64,000 nucleotides of DNA from the human T2T-CHM13v2.0 reference genome, Homo sapiens: NCBI RefSeq assembly GCF_009914755.1, contig NC_060935.1. One strand, written 5' to 3'. The notes under the pieces were generated by a model that was not told the origin of the DNA, made no database searches, and saw nothing but the letters and a program-made list of their open reading frames with translations. Each line of letters begins with the position of its first letter. The stretch's first letter is position 1. The translations under genes were made by a program, and so were the position numbers. Positions 14,584 through 28,033 of the stretch are shown here, piece after piece.

Positions 14584-15344
14584 TTACCATACAAATTTGC
14601 ATTGAAAAGTTCACAATATTTGATTTTTGAGCTTTCTGAGCTCAGGATTGGTCAGAGCTTGAAGTTTAAAATAGTTGACAGATTTAGGGAATAGCTTTCA
14701 TGTTAGTTACCGCATGTTCATTAGCTTTGAGTTGCATGGGAACCATGTAAAGTAACCCACGCATTTTGCGTCTATGTAAGGGAATGATTAGAAGGATAAC
14801 AACAACATAGTTCTTTCTTAACTCTCTATCAGTTCCAGATCTCTATACACTTCACCAACATCTATCATTATTCTTAGTTTATAATGATGAAACAGACTAG
14901 GTATAAAAAATGGAAAATTAGATTAGGTCGCGAAGCAAATATAAACCAAGCAAGATAAAATCCACTCATGTTGACTATCATAGTATTGAGATCCAGGAAT
15001 CCATGCTGTCTGTAGTTAAAGCAGATTATCTTCACTGCCATCTATTGGTCTTTATCCTGAATTAGGAGAGAAATCCCCCGAGGTTCTGCATGGCAAATAA
15101 AGAGTTAGGAAAGCCAAAATATCAGTGGGTATCATAAGTGATTTACTCTAGATAAATCACTGAATCATAGTGACAAGCCCTTAGGAGCTCTGCCTTAGAA
15201 TTTCCCAAGGGTTTCGTAGATGATCCTGCAGCAAAGAATGAATTCCAGGGTGTCAGATCTGACTTGATGGCATTTTAGGGACTTGGCCAAGGTTCCCACT
15301 TGATATTTGGGACTAAAATGCCCCACCTGAAAAGAAGCGTTCTA

Positions 15345-16159
<815 letters not shown>

Positions 16160-17027
16160 TCAGCTATGTTCTCTTCATAAGCAGAAATTCTGTGACCAGG
16201 CAACTTTCTGTATGGTCAGGTTGCCTGGCCTAAGTCCTTGGCTTGACTAAAAGCCCTTAATAATCCAGCCAGTCCCCCACGGTTTCAGAGGAATTTCTAG
16301 GACTGCTAACCTTCTATTGGCTTACTAGGGATTCAGGTCCTAATCTATAACCTCAACATGTGCTTTGACCATGTGCCTCCCAGGCTCCACTACGGATATA
16401 ACAGGAAGTACTTACAAAATTCCTTTATCTTTTTTTTTTCCTTTTTGCAATCAGTTTCTCAGGTTAAAAAATAAATTCCTTTATCTTTGTTTGAAAGAGA
16501 AGATCACCACCTTAAACTTCCTAAATGTTCATGAGTCAAACAGGATGATAATATTTACCCCACTGTTATCATCCCTACCTTTTATTTAATGTCATGAGTA
16601 TAGGGTGTGGACCGGAAGAAGCAATACAGAGTTTCACAGTTGTGCTGGGTAATTCATAAGTTTTGTATGTGCCTGGGATATTAGGGTTGTAAATCACAAT
16701 TAAAGATGAAAAATGTTAGGAGGGAAGTAAAGCAGAAAGCCCAAATCAGACAGTGAATCAGGGATTAAGTGGGAGTGGTGGAAAGGCAGGCTAAGAACAT
16801 TTACAGAGATAGAAAATAGCAGAGACTCTCTCAAAACAAGAATTCATTGTTCTAGCATTCAGGAAGTGTCTATATAGGGTGTGGAGGAAAAAAAAGGAGA
16901 TGTGGGACATTTCAGAGCAGACACTGCCCAGACTAGATCTTTTATCCTTCCATGCACATGCACATGTACACCTTAGTTCCATTATAAGCTTTTGGTGAAA
17001 AAAGTAAAGCATTTTATTGAAAAAGCC

Positions 17028-20000
17028 TCACAGTTCTGACTCTTTGTCATTTTCATCCAGGTAGTATTCATCATCTGTGGTTGTGTCTGTGTCACAATCT
17101 GAGTCCACTGGGTCATCCTCATAGATATTAAGCGGTTCACTTGGAGATAAGCCATCTTCTGGCACCTGACTACTGGGAGAATTTGAGCTTAATGACTCTG
17201 AGGGGTTGGGAGGGTTCCTCAAATCATCTTTTAGGAAGCCAGGGTTCTTAAGAAAACTTGGTTTCCATAATCTTCCTTGTGTAAGTGACCTCTTTACATT
17301 TTCTAAGAAAGCTAACTGTTGTTCTTTCCCAAAGATCCCATAGTCGATAGGTCTGTATATAGATATTGCAGACCTGGGACCTGTTTTTGTCCCGCTGCGA
17401 TAAGCCCAACTTTCATTTCCATCACAGGAGGGGAGTTCAGAAAAAGATCTGAATCTTCGACTGTACCCATTGTTGACAGAGAATTCATTCCCAAGGGTCA
17501 GTCGACTCAGGGCATTGTCAATAGAAGTGCTTTCAGAAAAATGGCGCTCCCTGACTTTTGGAGGATGGCTTTTTCGTAGTAGATCGCCATGAACATTAAT
17601 GCTTTTTAAACTCTTTGAACGATAGAGGTGTGGCTCAGGTTCCCACTCCAGAGATGAAGCACTCCTTTGTTGCTGCAGAAAACTGGCCAGTGGACTGCTT
17701 ACTCTAGATTTCTGTGCAGGCTCCAGTGGAAAAGGAGGGCTCAGCCTCCTCTGATTGTCAGAGAATTCTGCTTCCCTGAGGCTGGTGAATGTGATGGGTG
17801 ATGGGGCTCCTGATTCTCTTACTAAATTCTGAGCTGCTGTGACGTCTTTAGAATTCTCATGCTTTGATGGTGATTCTGAGACGTTTTTAAACTCATTCTG
17901 ATGTCGTTGTGAAATGCTGTTAGACTTCTGGTTGCTGACGTGTGTAGAAGGTTCTCTGTTGGGTAGTACAGTAATGGGGAGAAGGTTCTCGGATTTCTTC
18001 ACATGCTTTCCGTTCTCACTCAACCTGCTTTCGCCAATGGACTCTGCAGATTTTGGAGTAGGCTCAGGGAACAGTGGGTTGCACTCCACTGTGCCAAGAG
18101 ATAAATGGTCAAAGCCAGATCTGCTTCCACTTTGGGGGAAGATAGTAGCTACATGTCTTCTGGGGCTTACATCTTTAGCTGGGAATTTTCTGCTGGCTTT
18201 AGACATGGCTGCCAATCTGTGTTTAACTGAAGATCTATTTTCCCCCTTTACTAGGTCATCCAAGTTGGTTTTATTTTTGTTTCCTTCAGGAAGTGAAGGT
18301 TGATCCCAAGCTGACTTCTGCATTTCATCTTCAGCCTTCCTGCTCTCTGTCATATTTGCCTCCTGACTTCTTTGAGGTAATTCTCTTGGTTCAGACTGCA
18401 GACTCTCTAAGTTTGGTTCATCTGACTGAGTCTCCTCACCAAGCTGTAGTTTATGCAATGCTGGAGTAAGGGCAAAGACTTGACTCTCTGAGTGAGAAAG
18501 TGTTTTATTAGTCATTTTTTGGCAGTTGGTTCCAATGTCCCCTCTGCCTTCCCTAGGCTGTGATCCACTGGAGCCATCACCTACAGCTGTGGATGTGTGA
18601 TCTTTCTGGGGACACTTGCCACTTCCAGTAAATGGAATGGCTCTACCACTCCCTGTACACTCCCAAGAACTTCTTCTAGTTTGGGAATTTCCAATATTAA
18701 CTTCTGAAAGAGCTGGAAGACTAGAGGGACCACTGTTACTTGAATTAATGGATTGTTGACAATTTTCAGATTTTTCTTCGGATACATTTTTTCTCTGAAG
18801 CATCAATGAAGTATGCAGGGTTTCACTTTGCAACTTTTTGCCTCTTTCCTTCTTGTTTTCTGAATCACCTAGAGGTGTTTTAGCTAAATTATCTGAAAAA
18901 ATCTCTCTAGCTTTAGATTCCTCTTCAGGAAGAGAAACAGCTGCCTCAACAGAAGCCATTTCCTGTAATGTAGGAGCTAGGGGCCCCCTATTTGATAATC
19001 GGAAGGCAGTCATATTTTCAGTGGTGAGCGTCTGATCAGAGTTGACGGACATCTTTAGATTTTCACATGAAGGTGTTCCTGACTGCTCTCGTGTAGAATA
19101 ATTCTGTTTGTCTTTTTCTAAAGCGTTAGGAAATGTTTCAGTCTCCACTTGAGGTGATTCTATAAGTAAATTAGTATTTTGTGTATACTGTTGAAGGAGG
19201 TTACAGAATTTTTTGCTGGGTTTCCTCGGTAGAGTGTAATATATTGAGACCACCTCCAGACATTTTACATTATCTTCATCACCAGAAACAGAAAACGTAC
19301 TAGTCGTCTTAACTTTATGTAATGTTTTCCCACGTTCTTTTCCTGACAAGTCTGAGCAAAAAGGTAAAGGGTCTTCATTTGAAAGAGCAAATACACTTCT
19401 CCTGGAGGCAGCCATTTTACCCTCTTTCTCAGTGTATTCTTGGAAGTTTTCCTTTTGGTGTTGTCTTTTGGTTAAAGAACAATCTCTAACAGATGAGTCA
19501 CTTTCCACAGGGCTAATGATTCTCTCCCAAGCCCTTGGTGTTAGCTCAGAAGCATCCATGCCTGAGGTCAATGGCTTTTTTCTTCCTTCTCTTCCAGTTG
19601 AGGCATGTGGCTCCCCTGAGGGACATGACATAGCCCTGTTGATGAGGAATGGAAGTGGTCCTTTTCTAACGGAAGTAGATCCACTGCTTTTTACATTTGT
19701 CATTCTCTCTGTGGCTTCAGGTGCTTCCAGGGCTGAGTCTGAAAGGACTTTGGAACATTCATTCGCTGACTCAGGAGAACTGGGACTAAATTTGTTTAAC
19801 ATATAGTTCCCCATTGCATCTTCCACATTATTTTTGATTTGGAAGGGAGGTGGCCCATTCCTCAATGAAGCAGCCATTATTTTACTTCCTGACTGCCTGC
19901 CATGTATGAGAAAACTGCTTGATTTTCTTGGCAAGGTACAATAAATTGTGTCAAGTTCAGAAACTTTGGAATTGCTTTGATTTGCTTCAATGAGGCTCCT

Positions 20001-22366
20001 GTGATCACTGGTGGGTACTGATATACTTTCTGTTTTGCTTAACTTTTCAATACAGGATATATGATGCCTTATTTTTCCTTTTCCTCTTTCATTCCTAAAA
20101 GGAGAGTGTGAATGGCATTTGACATCAACCACTTCATCATGTGTAGGCACAGGACTATCATTTCTCTCTTGGTTTTCTGAGTGGCTTACAATAAACTGAT
20201 TCTTTTGGTTCTTCCCAGCATTGTCTTTTTCTTCTCTTTCTCCTAGCGATGGATCTTTGTCTGAAGGACTTCTCCTGGAGAACACTGTAGTAGATGGAAC
20301 CACAGGAGCATCAAGGGAAGAATTCTTTGATGGTGAGGAATCTGGTAGTGCAGCTGATGACAGATCTAAAGAATCACACGAGGTCTTGTGGCCAGGAGTT
20401 AACTTGCATTTTGAGTATTGTGCATTTTGAGTATCAGTCAGTGCAGAGCTCCAGTGGTTATTTGTAATAATTCTTGAAATATCTTCATTATTTACAGTTA
20501 ATTCCTGGTGACAACCTTGGTCTGTCCTGGGGAAAGATGGTGGTGTTCTGTGTTCCTGAATGAAAGGAAGGGAAGCTGTTGAGCCAAGTTTTCTGTTTTC
20601 AGTAAACCTCTTATCTTGTTTAATGTCATTGGATTTATCTGTGTGCGGTATATACATTTTGGAGGTATCTTTCCTGGAAAAGACTCTGGGTGACTTTTTT
20701 GAACTTATTATGGTAGATGCATTAAAACCAAACCCGTTGCTCTTGGCTGAGTCCTGGGATAAGGGATTTTGAAAATCAGGTAAAGAGTTTGAGATCCCTG
20801 TCTGTGAAACAGGTTGGGGTATTTCACCTGCCTTGTTTGTCTGGTCCATCTTGCTTAGCTGTTTGTCTTCTTCTGAAATAGATTCATTTAAGTCTTTCTC
20901 ATTATTTACTTCTGTGACCAAGATATTGGGCTGGCTTTTGGCAAGAGGCAGAGAGTCAACTGAATTGCTGCTGGTCACAGTGACTTCTGTATGGCTTCTC
21001 ATTGGATGAGAGGCAGGCTTATTTGGAAAAATTTTCTGCAAAGTGACTGTGGGATTCTGCAAGTTGGGACTCTGAGGATTCCTTCTGTCATCAGAAATCT
21101 GGGAAAAGGAAGTTTTGAATGAGGATGCTAGAGTCTGAGCAATTCCAAATGAGGAAGCTTCTTTGTTTATATGTACTTCTACAGGAGAACTGTCCTGTTG
21201 ACTTACCAACTCACTAGATTTGACGTGATAGCTTGAACCAGTCATGGAGCAAACATTTGGTGTGCCAAAATGAGGAGTCAACTGGGTCTCATTACCATGT
21301 GATACCACCATGCTATCCAGTGTGGATCTCTGAAAATCAAACTGCCAAGGATGTGGCTCTTCTTGGCCTCTGGAAACATCTGTTCCATAACCAGAAGAAA
21401 ATGATTCCCAGTGTTCAGAAGAAACATTATGGCCATGAATGGCTGATACACTATTTGCTTCCATGGAAATCATTTCAAAGTCTCTGTCAGAAGAACTGAA
21501 TGATTTCCTGCTTCGATGAAAGTCAGACCAGAAAGAATGTCCTTTCTCTTGGCCCCAAAAAGGACCTTGTCCAAATCTCCTCTGTTCTCCGCTTCGTCCA
21601 AAGGTATTGCTGAAGAAAGATCTGGTAAATGTGTTGCTTTGATGGTAGAATGGCATGTTCTCTGAGTTCTCAAAAGTGTCGGGACTCATTGCATTCTCCA
21701 TGGGAGCATTTAAACTAACACGTTGGTAAACATTCTGTGAATGGTACGATTCATATCTCTTATTCTCCTGAAAACCCCTGGGATACACATACTTGTCAGC
21801 GGGATCAATTTCCATTGGTGATGGTGCCCTCAGGAACTCTTCCTGGTTCTCCCTGTCTCTAGAGGAATCTGATCTGTTCCATATGATGGATGATAAAGGA
21901 GTTCTCTTTGGACTCTGCTGGTGCCTTGGTGGTATAAACCCACTCTTGCTCTGAGTTGTGGCTGGAAAATGTAAGCTTCTTGCTGTGAAATGCCCTGTGG
22001 CTGGTAAGGCCGACCGTTGCCTGCTGTCAAAACACAGCGAAGTACTGCCAAAAGTATTCTTTTGCACATAATCTTCTTTAAAGACTCTGGGCTCCCTTGT
22101 CCTATACATATCATAAATTGTGCTTGTCCTAGGAGAAAAGGTTTTAAAACCTTCCCTAGGAGTTCCTGGTCTTAGGATGTCATAGATAGACATATTGGAA
22201 GTTTCATTATAGTGTTTTTTGTGCCTTTCTGTGATATTACCATGTCTGTTACCACTGGAATAAAAGTGACCGAACTGTGTTCTTGATCCATAGTTGAGGG
22301 GTGTTCTGGTATTCACTGAGCTTGCAGACTGTTCCTGAGCCAATTTGCTATCCAAGTCATCTAAAA
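17028..22366 (-). CDS. EXPH5: EXPH5 (exophilin-5 / Slac2-b) terminal exon 6, coding part, 5339 nt
   Basis: 1786-codon ORF; acceptor CATTCTCTTTTCAG|TTTTAG at 22367/22366 is phase 1 and joins exon 5 as ...ENEFFQ-V-LDDLDSKLAQEQ. Ser-rich, predicted disordered, ends ...DEYYLDENDKESEL*. Confidence 0.96.
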
Positions 22367-23029
22367 CTGAAAAGAGAATGTGAATCAACCTTTTTCTGTA
22401 TGTTTTTACAGTTTAATAATAATTTGAGTTATTGAAGGCTCCTTTTCAAGAAACATAATCATTTATAATTTTATTTTTATCATATTATCATGTTATAACA
22501 TTAATTTTGATTATATTTTTAAGATAGCCTGACTTTTATAAGACTATAGTGAAAATTTCTTTCCTACTTTTTCAAATCACTTTTTTTCAAAGTAAACCTT
22601 CCATTAACGCCGTAAGGAAATTGAACTATATTCTTCTAACAATGAATTTTAATCATGTTTTTTTTTAGTGCATCTAAAGTGTATTGAGTTTTTCTAAGAT
22701 ATGGACCAGTAATAAAATGGAATTAATAATGCAGACATTGAATAACTAGACAATTGTTAGTATTATTAAGCCTTGTCTTTCTGTTTCTTTCATGTCACTA
22801 GGTTGCTACAATAATTCCAGCTGTGTATACCTCCTGGGATCATAATAGAAATGAACCTCTGTAAGTAGCATATGATTTCTAGGTTGTACTGTTAAGAAAA
22901 CAGTATTACCACTAAAAGCTTAGCACCTAATTTATGAACATACTTAGTTGGATATATAATATTATTAAATGATATGCCAATGGTAGATTTTTTTTTCTGG
23001 AAAAATTAATACCCATTAACACTCCTATA

Positions 23030-23260
23030 AAACAGCACTTTCTATGTGTCAGGCAGAGTCCTAAACGCTTAATATATTAACTCACTAAGTCGTCACACAA
23101 ACTTAGAAGGTTGGTCCTATTACTATTCTCATTCTATAATGAGGAAACTGATGCAAGAAGAGATTAAGCAAATTCCTAAGATCACACAGCACTGGGATTT
23201 GAACCCAGACAGTCTGTTTCCTGAATCCATGCATACAACCACTGTACAATGCAACCTCTG
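23030..23260 (-). mobile_element. MIR
   Basis: tatgtgtcaggca...atgaggaaactga...atcacacagc...gggatttgaacccagacagtctg. Confidence 0.75.
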
Positions 23261-23268
23261 TGCCATAA

Positions 23269-23594
<326 letters not shown>

Positions 23595-25235
23595 TCACTT
23601 TTCATATTTTGCTCTTTATGAACCATACAGATGATTTTACTGTGAGACGAGCTCATAGTTTTACAAAGACGTGAAGTTGCTGTTGTCAAATAATGATGAC
23701 TTTTCTCTCGGTAGCAAAGTCAGGGAGTGGTGTCAAAGTCAGTGCCCAGGGGCCCCCTTACGATAACTGAAGACCTAGACCAAGCCCAGACCCAGGGCTC
23801 ATGCTCTCTAGGACCACAGCCTCTGTGATCTTAGACAAGCCACAGCATCCTTTTGGTGACACAGTTGGCTTTTCTTTGAATTGTATCCATTTAATTGTAC
23901 TTGACATGTTTTCCTCAATAAAAACCCATTAGATTTTGAATAGAATCATAATCTTTTGAGGTGTGTAGACTCTCTAAGACCCACTCTATAATAGATATAG
24001 TTTACTATATTCATGTTCAATAAATACAAATAAATTACAAATTTTATTTCAACTGTATAATGACAGGAAATGTAAGTGTCTGAGCACACATAAGTGAAAT
24101 GTACATGCAACATGCCAATTAAGTTAGGGCAGATGCTAAAGGGATTTAAAAAAATCTGTTCTGGATTTTTCCCTATCCTATTTTATTTGCAAGTTGGTGT
24201 TATTAAGTTTGTACAACCAAAAGAAAAACTGATCTTGAACATTAAGGATATGTAATTAAGGAATTCTTTTAGGGAATTATCTGTGAATGTTTTAGTGAAA
24301 AATATTTATTTACCCCTAGGACCTGAAGTAATTTGTTCCCTATAGCCACAATAAAATAATCAAGCAATGCTGAAGTATAAGGTGGGGCAAAAAACAAAAC
24401 AAAACAACTGCATAATGAATAAAAATCTATCTTTAAAACAAATTATAATGAAAATCTCTTTGATACCCATTCTCCCTTTCAAGCTGTTTATGTTTTTCTT
24501 TCCCCTTAAAGTCTTGGTTGACTACAAGAGCAGAATGTATTTAGAACAGAAAATACAGAAAAGTATAACAATATAAGTAAAATCGCCAGGAATTCTACCT
24601 AGAGGTAACCATTCTTAACATCCCCATGACAAGATTTTAAATTAAAGCCACTTAGAATCCCAGATTAACAATGCTGTTTACTCATCACTCCTGACATCAG
24701 AAAAATTCCTGTTCTGCTTCTCTACATTAGTTTCAGAAAGGCCACATTATTATTATTTTTTCATTATTTTTTCATTCCATAAACAGTAGCTCTCCTCTTT
24801 CAACAAAACCTTCATTTTGGAACAAAGATTTTCCTCTGTTCTCTGCCAGGAAGCATCTTACTGAAGAAGGCCCCTACGTTGACTGTCCAGCTGACTGTCT
24901 CTACCCGACTGCTGTCCCACACAATATGGGCCAGGCGATGGTATTGCCTTTGCAAACTAAATGAAGTTCCTCAAAGTGAAGCTGGTGGCGACTTCAGAGT
25001 TAACTTTTCAAATGGCCGGGCTTATATAGAATAACCTTTGTAAAAGTAAACTATGATCATATAATAAGATACATGTGCATTTGGAACGCCACTGCTTTTG
25101 GAACCTGTCTCAGTTTTTATCATCATACAAGGTTAATTGTCTAATGTCAATTAGATTTTATCACAGTGCATTTGGGTCCTAATCTGGAACAATAAAAGTC
25201 TATTAAACAGCAAACTTTGTAGATGTATTTCCTAA

Positions 25236-25459
<224 letters not shown>

Positions 25460-25725
25460 CTAAGGTTAAATATTAAACATTATTACTACTCCATATATTT
25501 ATCAGTCCATGATTCAAGAATATTTGCTTAGATTATATTTAATCATAAGATTCTTAATACTTGTGTTAATAACATATCAGCATCCTCTTCAAATAAGCTA
25601 AACATGAGGATGTAAAAAATAAAGTACAGTGTTTCATATGTTTTGAGTAGTTTGATACAAACTAGTTATTGTTTACTTCCTTTAGTTATCAGTAGTTGCA
25701 AAGGCAATTTAATGCATGAACTTAC

Positions 25726-25864
25726 CTTGGAAAAACTCATTCTCCAGCAGTGAAGCATCCCACGGTGGAGGCATGCCACTCTCCTCCCTCATGACTGCTG
25801 GCTTTGGGACAAATGTACTGTCAACTAGATGATTTTCCAGAGGTGAATTGTATATTTTTGCCTG
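25726..25864 (-). CDS. EXPH5: EXPH5 exon 5 (139 nt)
   Basis: Acceptor AATTAG|CAG, donor CAAG|GTAAGT; reads QAKIYNSPLENHLVDSTFVPKPAVMREESGMPPPWDASLLENEFFQ in frame with exons 4 and 6. Confidence 0.93.
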
Positions 25865-26139
25865 CTAATTTTAAAGCAGAGAACACAATATTATTTCTGA
25901 GCCTTCACCAGTCAAAATACTCACACGCTCCCACCAAACTGTCCCAAGCTTAAAAGTATTAGTCTAAGGACTGCAAATCCATTTTTCTAATATTTATTTC
26001 TCAATTTATAATGTGTTGTTTTTGCCATTTGTAACTGACCTGCAACTTTTCTATACCTACATTAATTATTTCAGTGATAAGCCTTCAGGCAAGGTACTGA
26101 GCCTCTCTCTGCCAAGTTTCCTACGAACTTACACAGCAC

Positions 26140-26776
26140 TGTCAGAGGCGTTTGAATCAGGGCAACTCCATCTCGAATAGGGGCTGGGTAAAATAAGGCT
26201 GAGACCTACTGGGCTGCATTCCCAGCCGGTTAAGGCATTCTAAGTCACAGGATGAGACTGGAGGTCGGCACGAGGTACAGGTCATAAAGATCTTGCTGAT
26301 AAAACACGTTGCACTAACGAAGCCGGCTAAAACCCACCAATACCAAGATGGCAACAAGACTGACCTCTCTGGTCGTCCTAACTGCTACACTCCTGCCAGC
26401 ACCATGACAGTTTCAAATGGCATGGCAACATCAGGAAGTTACTCTATATGGGCTAAAAAGGGGAGGCATGAATAACCCACCCCTTGTTTAGCATAATACC
26501 ATCAAAAAATAATCATAAAAATGGGCAACCAGCAACCCTTGGGGCTGCTCTATGAAGTAGCCATTCTTTTATTCCTTTACTTTCTTAATAAACTTGCTTT
26601 CACTTTACGGACTCGCCCTGAATTCTTTCTTGTGCGAGATCCAAGAACCCTCTCTTGGGGTCTGGATCCAGTATTACTTTTCTGGTAATATCTTCCTGGC
26701 GACCACGGAAGGGCCAATACTAAGGAAACCTTCCAACCAAAGGCTAACTTTGGGTAAGTGGTGGGGTGTGGTAACA
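26140..26776 (+). mobile_element. MER41A-type ERV1 LTR (26140-26690) plus PBS/leader extension (to 26776)
   Basis: Starts TGTCAGAGGCGTTTGAA; AATAAA at 26587; U5 ccaagaaccctctcttggggtctggatc; then TGGCGACCACGGAAGGG; flanks GCAC/GCAT. Confidence 0.88.
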
Positions 26777-26941
26777 GCATTACACAGATCTTAGTGGGGG
26801 TTCCTTGCAGAGAGGAAAGAAATCGACCCCTCTTGAGTTTGGAGTGCTGTCTCCATGGCTCCAATGGCTTGGATTTTGGATTTCCTAACGTTGTACCTAT
26901 TTTTTCAAGACCCTGTTAGCTAGAACTCGTAGTGGACCTTA

Positions 26942-27469
<528 letters not shown>

Positions 27470-27523
27470 GCGAACCTGAGGATTTAGGGGGAAAAATGTG
27501 TTTCTATTAGAGGTCATCTAGAA

Positions 27524-27862
27524 TAGGGGTCCCTGACCCCTGGGCCACAGACCGGTACTGGTCTGTGGTATGTTAGAAATCAGGCTGCACAGTGTGGGGT
27601 AAAGGGCGAGCATTACCGCCTGAGCTCCGCCTCCAGTCAGATCAGCCCTGGGATTAGGCGTTAGATTCTCACAGGATTGCGAACCCTATTGTGAACTGCA
27701 CATGCGAGGGATCTAGGTTGTGCTTTCCTTATGAGAATCCAACTAATGCCTGATGATCAGAGGTGGAACAGTTTCATTCCCAAACCATCCACCACCACTT
27801 TCTGTGGAAAAGTTCTTTTCCACGAAGTGGGTCCCTGGTGCCAAAAACGGTGGGGACTGCTG
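27524..27862 (+). mobile_element. MER1B hAT-Charlie DNA transposon
   Basis: TIR-like ends (taggggtccc...ggggactgctg) and a perfect 8-bp TSD ATCTAGAA (27516-27523, 27863-27870). Confidence 0.88.
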
Positions 27863-28033
27863 ATCTAGAATGGTAGAACCCCTCAGATGCCCATAATAAG
27901 CTGATCTGGTAGTTCTGCAACAAAGGCACTCAAAAGTTTGATTGTATAAATAATAAATGGCTTTAAAAAAACCTATTGCTAGTTTTTCAATGAAAGGATT
28001 TAGGAGAATGATATAGAACTAAATTTGTTTTCC

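Noticed and set aside
17312-22114. Short ORFs overlapping EXPH5 exon 6 in other frames or strands
   Set aside because: Lengths of 60-129 aa are expected shadows of a 5.3-kb coding exon, with no independent start or splice support.
22367-22388. ORF-track N-terminus MIHILFS of the 1786-aa ORF
   Set aside because: This is the intronic polypyrimidine tract; the exon starts at 22366.
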